64,000 bases of DNA, taken from NCBI GenBank assembly GCA_012295275.1, contig CM022672.1:27776001-27840000 (forward strand), written 5' to 3'. The DNA is from Chrysomallon squamiferum. Its lineage: Eukaryota; Animalia; Mollusca. Positions within the stretch are counted from its first letter, which is position 1, and each line of letters starts with the position of its first letter. Below, piece after piece: positions 12,001 to 25,400 of the stretch. A program made the position numbers and the translations under genes. A model generated the notes under the pieces. That model searched no databases and was not told the origin of the DNA. It was given only the letters and a program-made list of their open reading frames with translations.

Positions 12001-15000
12001 AAAATAAAAATATAACATTAGATTTGTTTTGTTGATGAAAAAAAAAAATAAACATTAGATTTGTTTGTTGATGAAAGTAAAAAAATAACATTTAGATTTT
12101 TTTTGTTGATGAAAAAAAAATATAACATTAGATTTGTTTTGTTGATGAAAAAAAAAATATAACATTAGATTTGTTTTTGTAAAAATATAACATTAGATTT
12201 GTTTGTTGAAAATATAAAAATATTACATTTTGTTGTTTTTGTTTTGATGAAAGTAAAAATATAACATTAGATTTGTTTGTTGATGAAAGTAAAAATATAA
12301 CATTAGATTTGTTTGTTGATGAAAGTAAAAATATAACACATTTTTGTGTTGATTGATGAAAATATAAAAAATATAACATTAAAAGAAAAATATAACATTA
12401 GATTTGTTTTTGTGATGAAAGAAAAATAAACATTAACATTATTTTGTTTTGTTGATGAAAAAAAAAAAATAAAAAAAATTAACATTTTTGTTTCAGTGAT
12501 GAAAAAAAAATAACATTAATTTGTTTGTTGATGAAAGAAAAAAAAAATTAAAAATGAAAATGAAAGTAAAAATATAACATTAGATTTGTTTTGTTGATGA
12601 AAATAAAAATATAACATTTGATTTGTTTTGTTGATGAAAAATAAAAAATATAACATTAGATTTGTTTTGTTGATGAAAATAAAAATAATTAAATTTGATT
12701 TGTTTGATTTGTTTGAATGAAAGTAAAAAATATAACATTAGATTTGTTTTGTTGATGAAAGTAAAAAAAATATAACATTAGATTTGTTTGTTGATGAAAG
12801 TAAAAAATATAACATTAGATTTGTTTGTGATGAAAAAAAAAATAACATTAGATTTGTTTTGTTGATGAAAATAAAAAAATATAACATTAGATTTGTTTGT
12901 TGATGAAAAAATAAAAATATAACATTAGATTTAAAAATATAACATTAGATTTGTTTGTTGATGAAAAAAAAAAATATAACATTAGATTTGTTTTGTTGAT
13001 GAAAAGTAAAAATATAACATTAGATTTGTTTTTGATGAAAACATTAGATTTGTTTGTTGATGAAAAATAAAAATATAACATTAGATTTGTTTTGATGATG
13101 AAAGTAAAAATATAACATTAGATTTTTTTGTTGATGAAAGTAAAAATTTTGTGTTTTGTTGATGAAAAAAAATATAACATTAGAAAAAAAATATAACATT
13201 AGATTTGTTTTTGTTGATGAAAAAAAAAATATAACATTAGATTTGTTTGTTGATGAAAGTAAAATATAACATTAGATTTGTTTCAAAATGAAAAAAAAAA
13301 ATATAACATTAGATTTGTTTGTTGATGAAAAAAAAATAACATTTGAATTTTGTTTGATGAAAGTAAAAAAAAATAACATTAGATTTGTTTGTGATGAAAA
13401 AAAAAATATAACATTAGATTTGTTTTGTTGAAAATAAAAATGATGAAAGTAAAAATATAACATTAGATTTGTTTTGTTGATGAAAAAAAAAAATATAACA
13501 TTTGATTTGTGTTGTTGATGAAAGTAAAAATATAACATTTTGATTTGTTTGTTGATGAAAGTAAAAATATAACATTAGATTTGTTTTGTTGATGAAAGTA
13601 AAAATATAACATTAGATTTGTTTTGATGATGAAAGTAAAAAATATAACATTAGATTTGTTTTGTTGATGAAAAAAAAAAAATATAACATTAGATTTGTTT
13701 GTTGATGAAAAAAAAAATATAACATTAGATTTGTGTTGTTGATGAAAGTAAAAAAATATAACATTAGATTTGTTTTGATGAAAGTAAAAATATAACATTA
13801 GATTTGTTTGTTGATGAAAAAAAATAAAATATAAAAATTAAAAATATTTTAGATTTGTTGTTGATGAAAAAAAAAAATATAACATTAGATTTTTTTTGTT
13901 GATGAAAGTAAAAAATATAACATTTGATTTTTGTTTCATTGATGAAAAAAAAATATAACATTAAATTTTTGTTTCAATTTAAAAATATAACATTAGATTT
14001 TTTCACTGATGAAAAAAAAATATAACATTAAAATGAAAAAAAAAATATAACATTAGATTTGTTTTGTTGATGAAAGTAAAAAAAAATATAACATTAAAAT
14101 TTGTTTTTGTTGATGAAAAAAGTAAAAATATATAACATTAGATTTTTTTGTTGATGAAAAAAAAAAAATAACATTAGATTTGTTTTGTTGATGAAAGTAA
14201 AAATATAACATTAGATTTTTTTGAATGAAAATAAAAATATAACATTAATTTTTTTTTGATGAAAAAAAAAATAACATTAGATTTGTTTTGAATGAAAATA
14301 AAAATATAACATTAGATTTGTTTTGTTGATGAAAAAAAAAATATAACATTAGATTTGTTTTGAAAATTGATTTGTGATGAAAAAAAAAAATAAACATTAG
14401 ATTTGTTTTGTTGATGAAAGTAAAAAATGAAATTAAAAATAAAATAAAATTAACATTTTGTTTTGTTGATGAAAGTAAAAATATAACATTAGATTTGTTT
14501 TGTTGATGAAAGTAAAAAAAAATAAAATTAAAAAATATTTGTTTTTTGATGAAAGTAAAAATATAACATTAGATTTGTTTTGTTGATGAAAAAAAAATAT
14601 AACATTAGATTTGTTTTGTTGATGAAAAAAAAAAAAATAAACATTAGATTTGTTTCAGTGATGAAATGAAAAATAACATTAGATTTGTGTTGTGATGAAT
14701 AAAAATATAACATTAGATTTGTTTTGTTGATGAAAAAAAAAATATAACATTAGATTTGTTTTGTTGATGAAAAAAAAAATAAAATTAACATTTGTTTTGT
14801 TGATGAAAAGTAAAAATATAACATTAGATTTGTTTTGTTGATGAAAATAAAAATATAACATTAGATTTGTTTTGTTGATGAAAGTAAAAATATAACATTA
14901 GATTTGTTTGTTGATGAAAGAAAAAAAATTTAATTTTTTTGTTTGATGAAAAAGTAAAAATATAACATTTGATTTGTTTGTTGATGAAAATAAAAAAAAC

Positions 15001-18000
15001 ATTAAATTTGATTTGTTGAAAAGTAAAAATATAACATTAGATTTGTTTGTGAAAAAAAAAATAACATTATTAGATTTGTTTTGTTGATGAAAAAAAAAAA
15101 TATAACATTAGATTTGTTTGTTGATGAAAATAAAAATATAACATTAGATTTGTTTGTTGATGAAAGTAAAAATATAACATTAGATTTGTTTTGTTGATGA
15201 AAAAAAAAAATATAACATTTGATTTTTTTTGTTGATGAAAATAAAAATATAAAAATTTGTTTTTTTTGTTGATGAAAAAAAAAATATAACATTTTGATTT
15301 GTTTGTTGATGAAAGTAAAAATATAACATTAGATTTGTTTTGTTGATGAAAAAGTAAAAATATAACATTAGATTTGTTTTGTTGATGAAAAAAAAAAAAA
15401 TAACATTTGATTTGTTTGTTGATGAAAGAAAAATAACATTAGATTTGTTTCAATGAAAGTAAAAATATAACATTAGATTTGTTTGTTGATGAAAAAAAAA
15501 AAATATAACATTAGATTTGTTTGTTGATGAAAGTAAAAAAAATATAACATTAGATTTGTTTTGTTGATGAAAAAAAAAAAAAAAAAAAATATAACATTAG
15601 ATTTGTTTGTTGATGAAAAAGTAAAAATATAACATTAGATTTGTTTCAGTGATGAAAAAAAAAATATAACATTAGATTTGTTTGTTGATGAAAAAAATAT
15701 AAAAGATTTGTTTGTTGATGAAAAAAAAATATAACATTAGATTTGTTTTGGTGATGAAAGTAAAAATATAACATTAGATTTGTGTTGTTGATGAAAGTAA
15801 AAATATAACATTAGATTTGTTTTGGTGATGAAAGTAAAAATATAACATTAGATTTGTGTTGCTGATGAAAGTAAAAATATAACATTAGATTTGTGTTGTT
15901 GATGAAAGTAAAAATATAACATTAGATTTGTTTTGATGAAAAAAAATATAACATTAGATTTGTTTTGTTGATGAAAAAAAAAAAATATAACATTAGATTT
16001 GTTTTGTTGATGAAAATAAAAAATATAACATTATTTGATTTTTTTTGTTGATGAAAAGTAAAAATATAACATTAGATTTGTTTTGTTGATGAAAAAAAAA
16101 ATATAATAAATTAAATTTGTTTTGTTTGTGATGAAAATAAAAATATAACATTAGATTTGTTTGTTGATTTGAAAAAGAAAAAAATATAACATTAGATTTG
16201 TTTTGTTGATGAAAAAATATAACATTAAAAAAATAATATTAGATTTGTTTGTTGTTGATGAAAAATAAAAAATATAACATTAGATTTGTTTTGTTGATGA
16301 AAAAAAAAAATATAACATTAGATTTGTTTGTTGATTTATAACATTAGATTTGTTTTGTTGATGAGAAAAAAAAAATATAACATTAGATTTGTTTTGTTGA
16401 TGAAAGTAAAAATATAACATTAGATTTGTTTGTTGATGAAAAAAAAAAAAATATAACATTAGATTTGTTTGTTGATGAAAATAAAAATATAACATTAGAT
16501 TTGTTTTGTTGATGAAAAAAAAAAAATAACATTAGATTTTTTGTGATGAAAGTAAAAATATAACATTATGAAAAAAAAAAATATAACATTAGATTTGTTT
16601 CAGTTGATGAAAAAAAAAAAAATAACATTAGATTTGTTTGATGAAAAAAAATATAACATTTGATTTGTTTTGTTGAAAAGTAAAAATATAACATTTTTCA
16701 GTGATGATTTGTTTGATGATGAAAAATAAAAAAAAATATAACATTAGATTTTTTTTGTTGATGAAAATAAAAATATAACATTAGATTTGTTTTGTTGAAT
16801 GATGAAAAAAAATAACATTAGATTTGTTTTGATGAAAAGTAAAAATATAACATTAGATTTGTTTTTGATGAAAAAAAAAAAAAAATAACATTAGATTTGT
16901 TTTGTTGATGAAAAAAAAAAATATAACATTAGATTTTTTTTGATGTCAGTAAAAAACATTTGTTTTGTTTGTTGATGAAAAAAAAAAAAATATAACATTA
17001 GATTTGTTTTGTTGATGAAAAAAAAAATATAACATTAGATTTGTTTTGTTGATGAAAAAATAAAAATATAACATTAGATTTGTTTTGTTGATGAAAAAAA
17101 AAATATAACATTAGATTTGTTTTGTGTTGATGAAAAAAAAAAATATAATTTAGATTTGTTTTTGAAAAAGTAAAAATATAACATTAGATTTGTTTGTTGA
17201 AAAAAAAAATATAACATTAGATTTGTTTGATGATGAAAGTAAAAAAAAAATATAACATTAATTTGTTTGTTGATGAAAAAAAATATAACATTAGATTTGT
17301 TTTGTTGATGAAAGTAAAAAATAACATTAGATTTGTTTTGATGAAAAAAAAAAAAAACATTTGATTTGTTGAAAGTGATTTGTTTGTTGAAAAGTAAAAA
17401 ATATAACATTAGATTTGTTTTTGATGAAAAAAAAAAAAAAATAAACATTAGATTTGTTTGTTGATGAAAAAATAAAAATATAACATTAGATTTGTTTGTT
17501 GATGAAAGTAAAAATATAACATTTTTTTTTGATGATGAAAAAAAAAATATATAACATTAGATTTGTTTTGATGATGAAAAAAAAAAATATAACATTAGAT
17601 TTGTTTTGTTGATGAAAGTAAAAAAAATATAACATTAGATTTGTTTGTGATGAAAAGTAAAAATATAACATTAGAAATATAAAAATATATAACATTAGAT
17701 TTGTTTTGATGAAAAAAAAAAATATAACATTAGATTTGTTTTGTTGATGAAAAAAAAAAAAACATTAGATTTGTTTTGTTGATGAAAAGTAAAAAAAAAT
17801 AAAAATGAAATAAAAATTTAGATTTGTTTGTTGATGAAAAAAAAAATATAACATTAGATTTGTTTTGTTGATGAAAAAAAAAAATAACATTAGATTTGTT
17901 TGTTGATGAAAAAAAAATATAACATTAGATTTTTTTGATTTGTTTTGTTGTGAAAAATAAAAATATAACATTAGATTTGTTTTGTTGATGAAAAAAAATA

Positions 18001-21000
18001 TAACATTAGATTTTTGTTGTTGAAAAAAAAAAAATAAACATTAGATTTTTTTTGTTGATGAAAGTAAAAATATAACATTAGATTTGTTTGTTGATGAAAG
18101 TAAAAATATAACATTAGATTTGTTTCATGAAAATAAAAATATAACATTAGATTTGTTTGTGATGAAAAAGTAAAAAAATAACATTTAGATTGTTTTGTTG
18201 ATGAAAAAGAAAAATAAACATTAATTTGTTTTGTTGATGAAAGTAAAAATATAACATTTTTGTTTGTTGATGAAAAAAAAAATATAACATTAGATTTGTT
18301 TTGTGATGAAAATAAAAATATAACATTAGATTTGTTTTGTTGATGAAAGTAAAAATATAACATTAGATTTGTTTCAGTGATGAAAGTAAAAAAATATAAC
18401 ATTAGATTTGTTTTGATGAAAAATAAAAAATATAACATTAGATTTGTTTTGTGATGAAAGTAAAAATATATAACATTTGATTTGTGTTGTTGATGAAAGA
18501 AAAAAAAATTAGATTTGTTTGTTGATGAAAATAAAAATATAACATTAGATTTGTTTGTTGATGAAAAAAAAAATATAACATTAGATTTGTTTTGTTGATG
18601 AAAGTGAAAAAAAAATATAACATTAGATTTGTTTGTGATGATGAAAAACATTAAAAAAAAAAAAAATAAATTTGATTTGTTTGATGATGAAAAAGTAAAA
18701 ATAAAACATTAGATTTGTTTGTTTGATGAAAGTAAAAAAAATATAACATTAGATTTGTTTTGTTGATGAAAGTAAAAATAACATTAACATTTGTTTTGTG
18801 ATGAAAAAAAAAATATAACATTAGATTTTTTTTTGTGATGAAAATAAAAAATGAAAGTAAAAATATAACATTAGATTTGTTTGTTGATGAAAAAAAAAAA
18901 TATAACATTAGATTTGTTTTGTTGATTTTGTTTGTGAATGAAAAAAAAAATATAACATTAGATTTGTTTGTTGATGAAAAAAAAAAATAACATTAGATTT
19001 GTTTTGTTGATGAAAATAAAAATATAACATTAGATTTTTTTGATGATGAAAAAAAAAAATAAACATTAGATTTGTTTTGTTGATGAAAATAAAAATATAA
19101 CATTAGATTTTTGTTGTTGATGATGAAAATAAAAAATATAACATTAGATTTGTTTCAGTGAAAAAAAAAATAACATTAGATTTGTTTTGTTGATGAAAAA
19201 AAAATATAACATTTTGATTTGTTTGTTGATGAAAGTAAAAAAATATAACATTAGATTTGTTTGTTGATGAAAGTAAAAATAAAAAATTAGATTTGTTGTT
19301 GATGATGAAAAAAAATAAACATAGATTTGTTTTGTTGATGAAAGTAAAAATATAACATTAGATTTGTTTGTTGATGAAAAAAAATATAAAAATTTGTTTC
19401 AGTGATGAAAAAAAATATAACATTAGATTTGTTTCAGTGATGAAAACAAAAATATAACATTAGATTTGTTTTGTTGATGAAAGTAAAAATATAACATTAG
19501 ATTTGTGTTGTTGATGAAAGTAAAAATATAACATTAGATTTGTTTTGTTGATGAAAAGTAAAAAAATATAACATTAGATTTGTTTTCAGTTGATGAAAAA
19601 AATATAAAAATGAAAATAAAAATATAACATTAGATTTGTTTTGATGATGAAAGTAAAAAAAAAATAACATTAGATTTGTTTTGTTGATGATGAAAAAAAA
19701 AAATACATTAGATTTGTTTGTTGATGAAAAAAAAAATTACATTTTTGTTTTGTGATGAAAAAATAAAAATATAACATTAGATTTTTGTTTTGATGAAAGA
19801 AAAAAAAATAACATTAGATTTGTTTTGTTGATGAAAATAAAAATATAACATTAGATTTGTTTTGTGATGAAAGTAAAAATATAACATTAGATTTGTTGTT
19901 GATGAAAAAGTAAAAATATAACATTAGATTTGTTTTGTTGATGAAAATAAAAATAACATTAGATTTGTTTTGTTGATGAAAGTAAAAATATAACATTAGA
20001 TTTGTTTGTTGATGAAAAAAAAAAATATAACATTAGATTTGTTTTGTTGATGAAAATAAAAATATAACATTAGATTTGTTTGTTGATGAAAAGTAAAAAT
20101 ATAACATTAGATTTGTTTTAGTGATGAAAATAAAAATATAACATTAGATTTGTTTTGTGATGAAAGTAAAAATATAACATTAGATTTGTTTCAGTGATGA
20201 AAGTAAAAAACATTAACATAACATTAGATTTGTTTTGTTGATGAAAATAAAAATATAACATTAGATTTGTTTTGTTGATGAAAAAGTAAAAATAACATTA
20301 GATTTGTTTCAGTGATGAAAAAAAAAAATATAACATTTGATTTGTTTTGTTGATGAAAAAAAAAATATAACATTAGATTTGTTTTGTTGATGAAAAAAAA
20401 ATATAACATTTGATTTGTTTCAGTGATGAAAATAAAAATATAACATTTGATTTTTTGTTGAAAAAATGAAAAAAAAAAAAAAATAACATTTGATTTTTTT
20501 TGTTGATGAAAGTAAAAATATAACATTAGATTTGTTTCAGTGATGAAAGTAAAAATATAACATTAGATTTGTTTTGATGAAAAAAAGTAAAAAAAAATAA
20601 AAATATAACATTTTTGTTTTGATGAAAATAAAAAATATAACATTAGATTTGTTTGTTGATGAAAATAAAAATATAACATTAGATTTGTTTCAATGAAAGT
20701 AAAAATATTAACATTTGATTTTTGTCATGATGAAAGTAAAAATATAACATTTGATTTGTTTTGTTGATGAAAAAAAAAATATAACATTAGATTTGTTTGT
20801 TGATGAAAGTAAAAAAAATATAACATTAGATTTGTGTTTGATGAAAGTAAAAATAAACATTAGATTTGTTTTGTTGAAAAATAAAAATATAACATTAGAT
20901 TTGTTTGTTGATGAAAAAAAAAAATTAATATAACATTAATATTTGTTTGTGTTGATGATGAAAATAAAATATAACATTAGATTTGTTTCAGTTGATGAAA

Positions 21001-22271
21001 AAAAAAATAACATTAGATTTGTTTTGTTGATGAAAATAAAAATATAACATTAGATTTGTTTGTGTTGATGAAAAAAAAAATATAACATTTGATTTTTTTT
21101 GTTGATGAAAGTAAAAAAATATAACATTAGATTTGTTTGTGATGAAAGTAAAAATATAACATTAGATTTGTTTTGTGATGAAAAAGTAAAAATATAACAT
21201 TAGATTTGTTTGTTGATGAAAAAAAAATATATAACATTAGATTTGTTTTGTTGATGAAAGTAAAAATATAACATTATTTGTTTTTGATGATGAAAGTATT
21301 AACATTTGTTTTGTTGATGAAAAAAAAATATAACATTAGATTTGTTTTGTTGATGAAAGTAAAAATATAACATTAGATTTGTTGTTGTGATGAAAGAAAA
21401 AAAAATAAACATTTGATTTGTTTGTTGATGAAAGTTATAACATTAGATTTGTGTTGCTGATGAAAGTAAAATTATAACATTAGATTTGTGTTGCTGATGA
21501 AAGTAAAAATATAACATTAAAAAAATATAACATTAGATTTGTTTTGTTGATGAAAAAAATAAAAATATAACATTAGATTTGTGTTGTTGATGAAAGTAAA
21601 AATATAACATTAGATTTGTTTTGTGATGAAAATAAAAATATAACATTAGATTTGTTTCAGTGATGAAAGTAAAAATATAACATTTGATTTTTTGTTTTGA
21701 TGAAAAAAAAATAACATTAGATTTGTTTGTTGATGAAAGTAAAAATATAACATTAGATTTGTTTTGCTGATGAAAAAGTAAAAATATAACATTAGATTTG
21801 TTTTGATGATGAAAAAAAAACATTAGATTTGTTTGCTGATAAAATAAAAATATAACATTAGATTTGTTTCAGTGATGAAAGTAAAAAATAACATTAGATT
21901 TGTTTTGTGATGAAAGTAAAAAATATAACATTAGATTTGTTTGTGATGAAAGTAAAAATATAACATTAGATTTGTTTGTTGAAAAAAAATAACACATTAG
22001 ATTTGTTTTGTGATGAAAAAAAAATATAACATTAGATTTGTTTGATGAAAGTAAAAATGATGAAAAAAAAATATAACATTAGATTTGTGTTGTGATGAAA
22101 GTAAAAATATAACATTAGATTTGTTTTGTTGATGAAAGTAAAAATATAACATTAGATTTGTGTTGTTGATGAAAGTAAAAATATAACATTAGATTTGTTT
22201 CAGATGAAAGTAAAAATATAACATTAGATTTGTTTTGTTGATGAAAAAAAAATATAACATTAGATTTGTGT
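9070..22271. repeat. Satellite/minisatellite array, ~37-bp unit (gatgaaagtaaaaatataacattagatttgttttgtt), ~13 kb
   Basis: Hundreds of tandem copies with variants (tttcagt, tgtgttgtt) and highly variable A/T homopolymer lengths; runs into the N gap. Confidence 0.97.
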
Positions 22272-22471
22272 NNNNNNNNNNNNNNNNNNNNNNNNNNNNN
22301 NNNNNNNNNNNNNNNNNNNNNNNNNNNNNNNNNNNNNNNNNNNNNNNNNNNNNNNNNNNNNNNNNNNNNNNNNNNNNNNNNNNNNNNNNNNNNNNNNNNN
22401 NNNNNNNNNNNNNNNNNNNNNNNNNNNNNNNNNNNNNNNNNNNNNNNNNNNNNNNNNNNNNNNNNNNNNNN
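22272..22471. other. Assembly gap (200 N)
   Basis: Run of N between two different satellites. Confidence 0.99.
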
Positions 22472-25400
22472 GTTGTCAGACACTGTCTATTCTTGTTGTA
22501 GTGGTAAAACACTAGTGATACCCATATTTTTATTGTTGTCAGACACTGTCTATTCTTGTTGTAGTGGTAAAACACTAGTTACCCATGTTATTGTTGTCAG
22601 ACACTGTCTATTCTTGTTGTAGTGGTGGTAAAACACTAGTGTAAAACATACCCATATTTATTGTTGTCAGACACTGTCTATTCTTGTTGTAGTGGTAAAA
22701 CACTAGTGATACCCATATTTATTGTTGTCAGACATTGCCTACATTCTCTTGTTCTTGTAGTGGTAAAACACTAGTGATACCCATATTTATTGTTGTCAGA
22801 CACTGTCTATTCTTGTTGTAGTGGTAAAACACTAGTGATACCCATATTTATTGTTGTCAGACACTGTCTATTCTTGTTGTAGTGGTAAAAACACTAGTGA
22901 CATACCCATATTTATTGTTGTCAGACACTGTCTATTCTTGTTGTAGTGGTAAAACACTAGTGATACCCATATTTATTGTTGTCAGACACTGTCTATTCTT
23001 GTTGTAGTGGTAAAACACTAGTGATACCCATATTTATTGTTGTCAGACACTGTCTATTCTTGTTGTAGTGGTAAAACACTAGTGATACCCATATTTATTG
23101 TTGTCAGATATTTATTGTAGTGTAAAACACTAGTGATACCCATATTTATTGTTGTCAGACACTGTCTATTCTTGTTGTAGTGGTAAAACACTAGTGATAC
23201 CCATATTTATTGTTGTCAGACACTGTCTATTCTTGTTGTAGTGGTAAAACACTAGTGATACCCATATTTATTGTTGTCAGACACTGTCTATTCTTGTTGT
23301 AGTGGTAAAACACTAGTGATACCCATATTTATTGTTGTCAGACACTGTCTATTCTTGTTGTAGTGGTAAAACACTAGTGATACCCATATTTTATTGTTGT
23401 CAGACATTCTTGTTGTAGTGGTAAAACACTAGTGATACCCATATTTATTGTTGTCAGACACTGTCTATTCTTGTTGTAGTGGTAAAACACTAGTGATACC
23501 CATATTTATTGTTGTCAGACATTGCCTACATTCTCTTGTTCTTGTAGTGGTAAAACACTAGTGATACCCATATTTATTGTTGTCAGACACTGTCTATTCT
23601 TGTTGTAGTGGTAAAACACTAGTGATACCCATATTTATTGTTGTCAGACACTGTCTATTCTTGTTGTAGTGGTAAAACACTAGTGATACCCATATTTATT
23701 GTTGTCAGACACTGTCTATTCTTGTTGTAGTGGTAAAACACTAGTGATACCCATATTTATTGTTGTTGTCTATTCAGTGGACACTAGTGATACCCATATT
23801 TATTGTTGTCAGACACTGTCTATTCTTGTTGTAGTGGTAAAACACTAGTGATACCCATATTTATTGTTGTCAGACACTGTCTATTCTTGTTGTAGTGGTA
23901 AAACACTAGTGATACCCATATTTATTGTTGTCAGACACTGTCTATTCTTGTTGTAGTGGTGGTATTGTTGTCAAAACACTAGTGATACCCATATTTATTG
24001 TTGTCAGACACTGTCTATTCTTGTTGTAGTGGTAAAACACTAGTGATACCCATATTTATTGTTGTCAGACACTGTCTATTCTTGTTGTAGTGGTAAAACA
24101 CTAGTGATACCCATATTTATTGTTGTCAGACACTGTCTATTCTTGTTGTAGTGGTTTACCCATATTTATTGTTGTCAGACACTGTCTATTCTTGTTGTAG
24201 TGGTAAAACACTAGTGATACCCATATTTATTGTTGTCAGACACTGTCTATTCTTGTTGTAGTGGTAAAACACTAGTGATACCCATATTTATTGTTGTCAG
24301 ACACTGTCTATTCTTGTTGTAGTGGTAAAACACTAGTGATACCCATATTTATTGTTGTCAGACACTGTCTATTCTTGTTGTAGTGGTAAAACACTAGTGA
24401 TACCCATATTTATTGTTGTCAGACACTGTCTATTCTTGTTGTAGTGGTAAAACACTAGTGATACCCATATTTATTGTTGTCAGACACTGTCTATTCTTGT
24501 TGTAGTGGTAAAACACTAGTGATACCCATATTTATTGTTGTCAGACACTGTCTATTCTTGTTGTAGTGGTAAAACACTAGTGATACCCATATTTATTGTT
24601 GTCAGACACTGTCTATTCTTGTTGTAGTGGTAAAACACTAGTGATACCCATATTTATTGTTGTCAGACACTGTCTATTCTTGTTGTAGTGGTAAAACACT
24701 AGTGATACCCATATTTATTGTTGTCAGACACTGTCTATTCTTGTTGTAGTGGTAAAACACTAGTGATACCCATATTTATTGTTGTCAGACACTGTCTATT
24801 CTTGTTGTAGTGGTAAAACACTAGTGATACCCATATTTATTGTTGTCAGACACTGTCTATTCTTGTTGTAGTGGTAAAACACTAGTGATACCCATATTTA
24901 TTGTTGTCAGACACTGTCTATTCTTGTTGTAGTGGTAAAACACTAGTGATACCCATATTTATTGTTGTCAGACACTGTCTATTCTTGTTGTAGTGGTAAA
25001 ACACTAGTGATACCCATATTTATTGTTGTCAGACACTGTCTATTCTTGTTGTAGTGGTAAAACACTAGTGATACCCATATTTATTGTTGTCAGACACTGT
25101 CTATTCTTGTTGTAGTGGTAAAACACTAGTGATACCCATATTTATTGTTGTCAGACACTGTCTATTCTTGTTGTAGTGGTAAAACACTAGTGATACCCAT
25201 ATTTATTGTTGTCAGACACTGTCTATTCTTGTTTGTAGTGGTGTCTATTCTTGTTGTAGTGGTGAAACACTAGTGATACCCATATTTATTGTTGTCAGAC
25301 ATTGCCTACATTCTCTTGTTCTTGTAGTGGTAAAACACTAGTGATACCCATATTTATTGTTGTCAGACACTGTCTATTCTTGTTGTAGTGGTAAAACACT

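Noticed and set aside
9157-22622. Dozens of F/Y/N/K-rich ORFs (MLYFYFHQQNKSNVIF...)
   Set aside because: They are translations of the 37-bp satellite and of the N gap, not genes.
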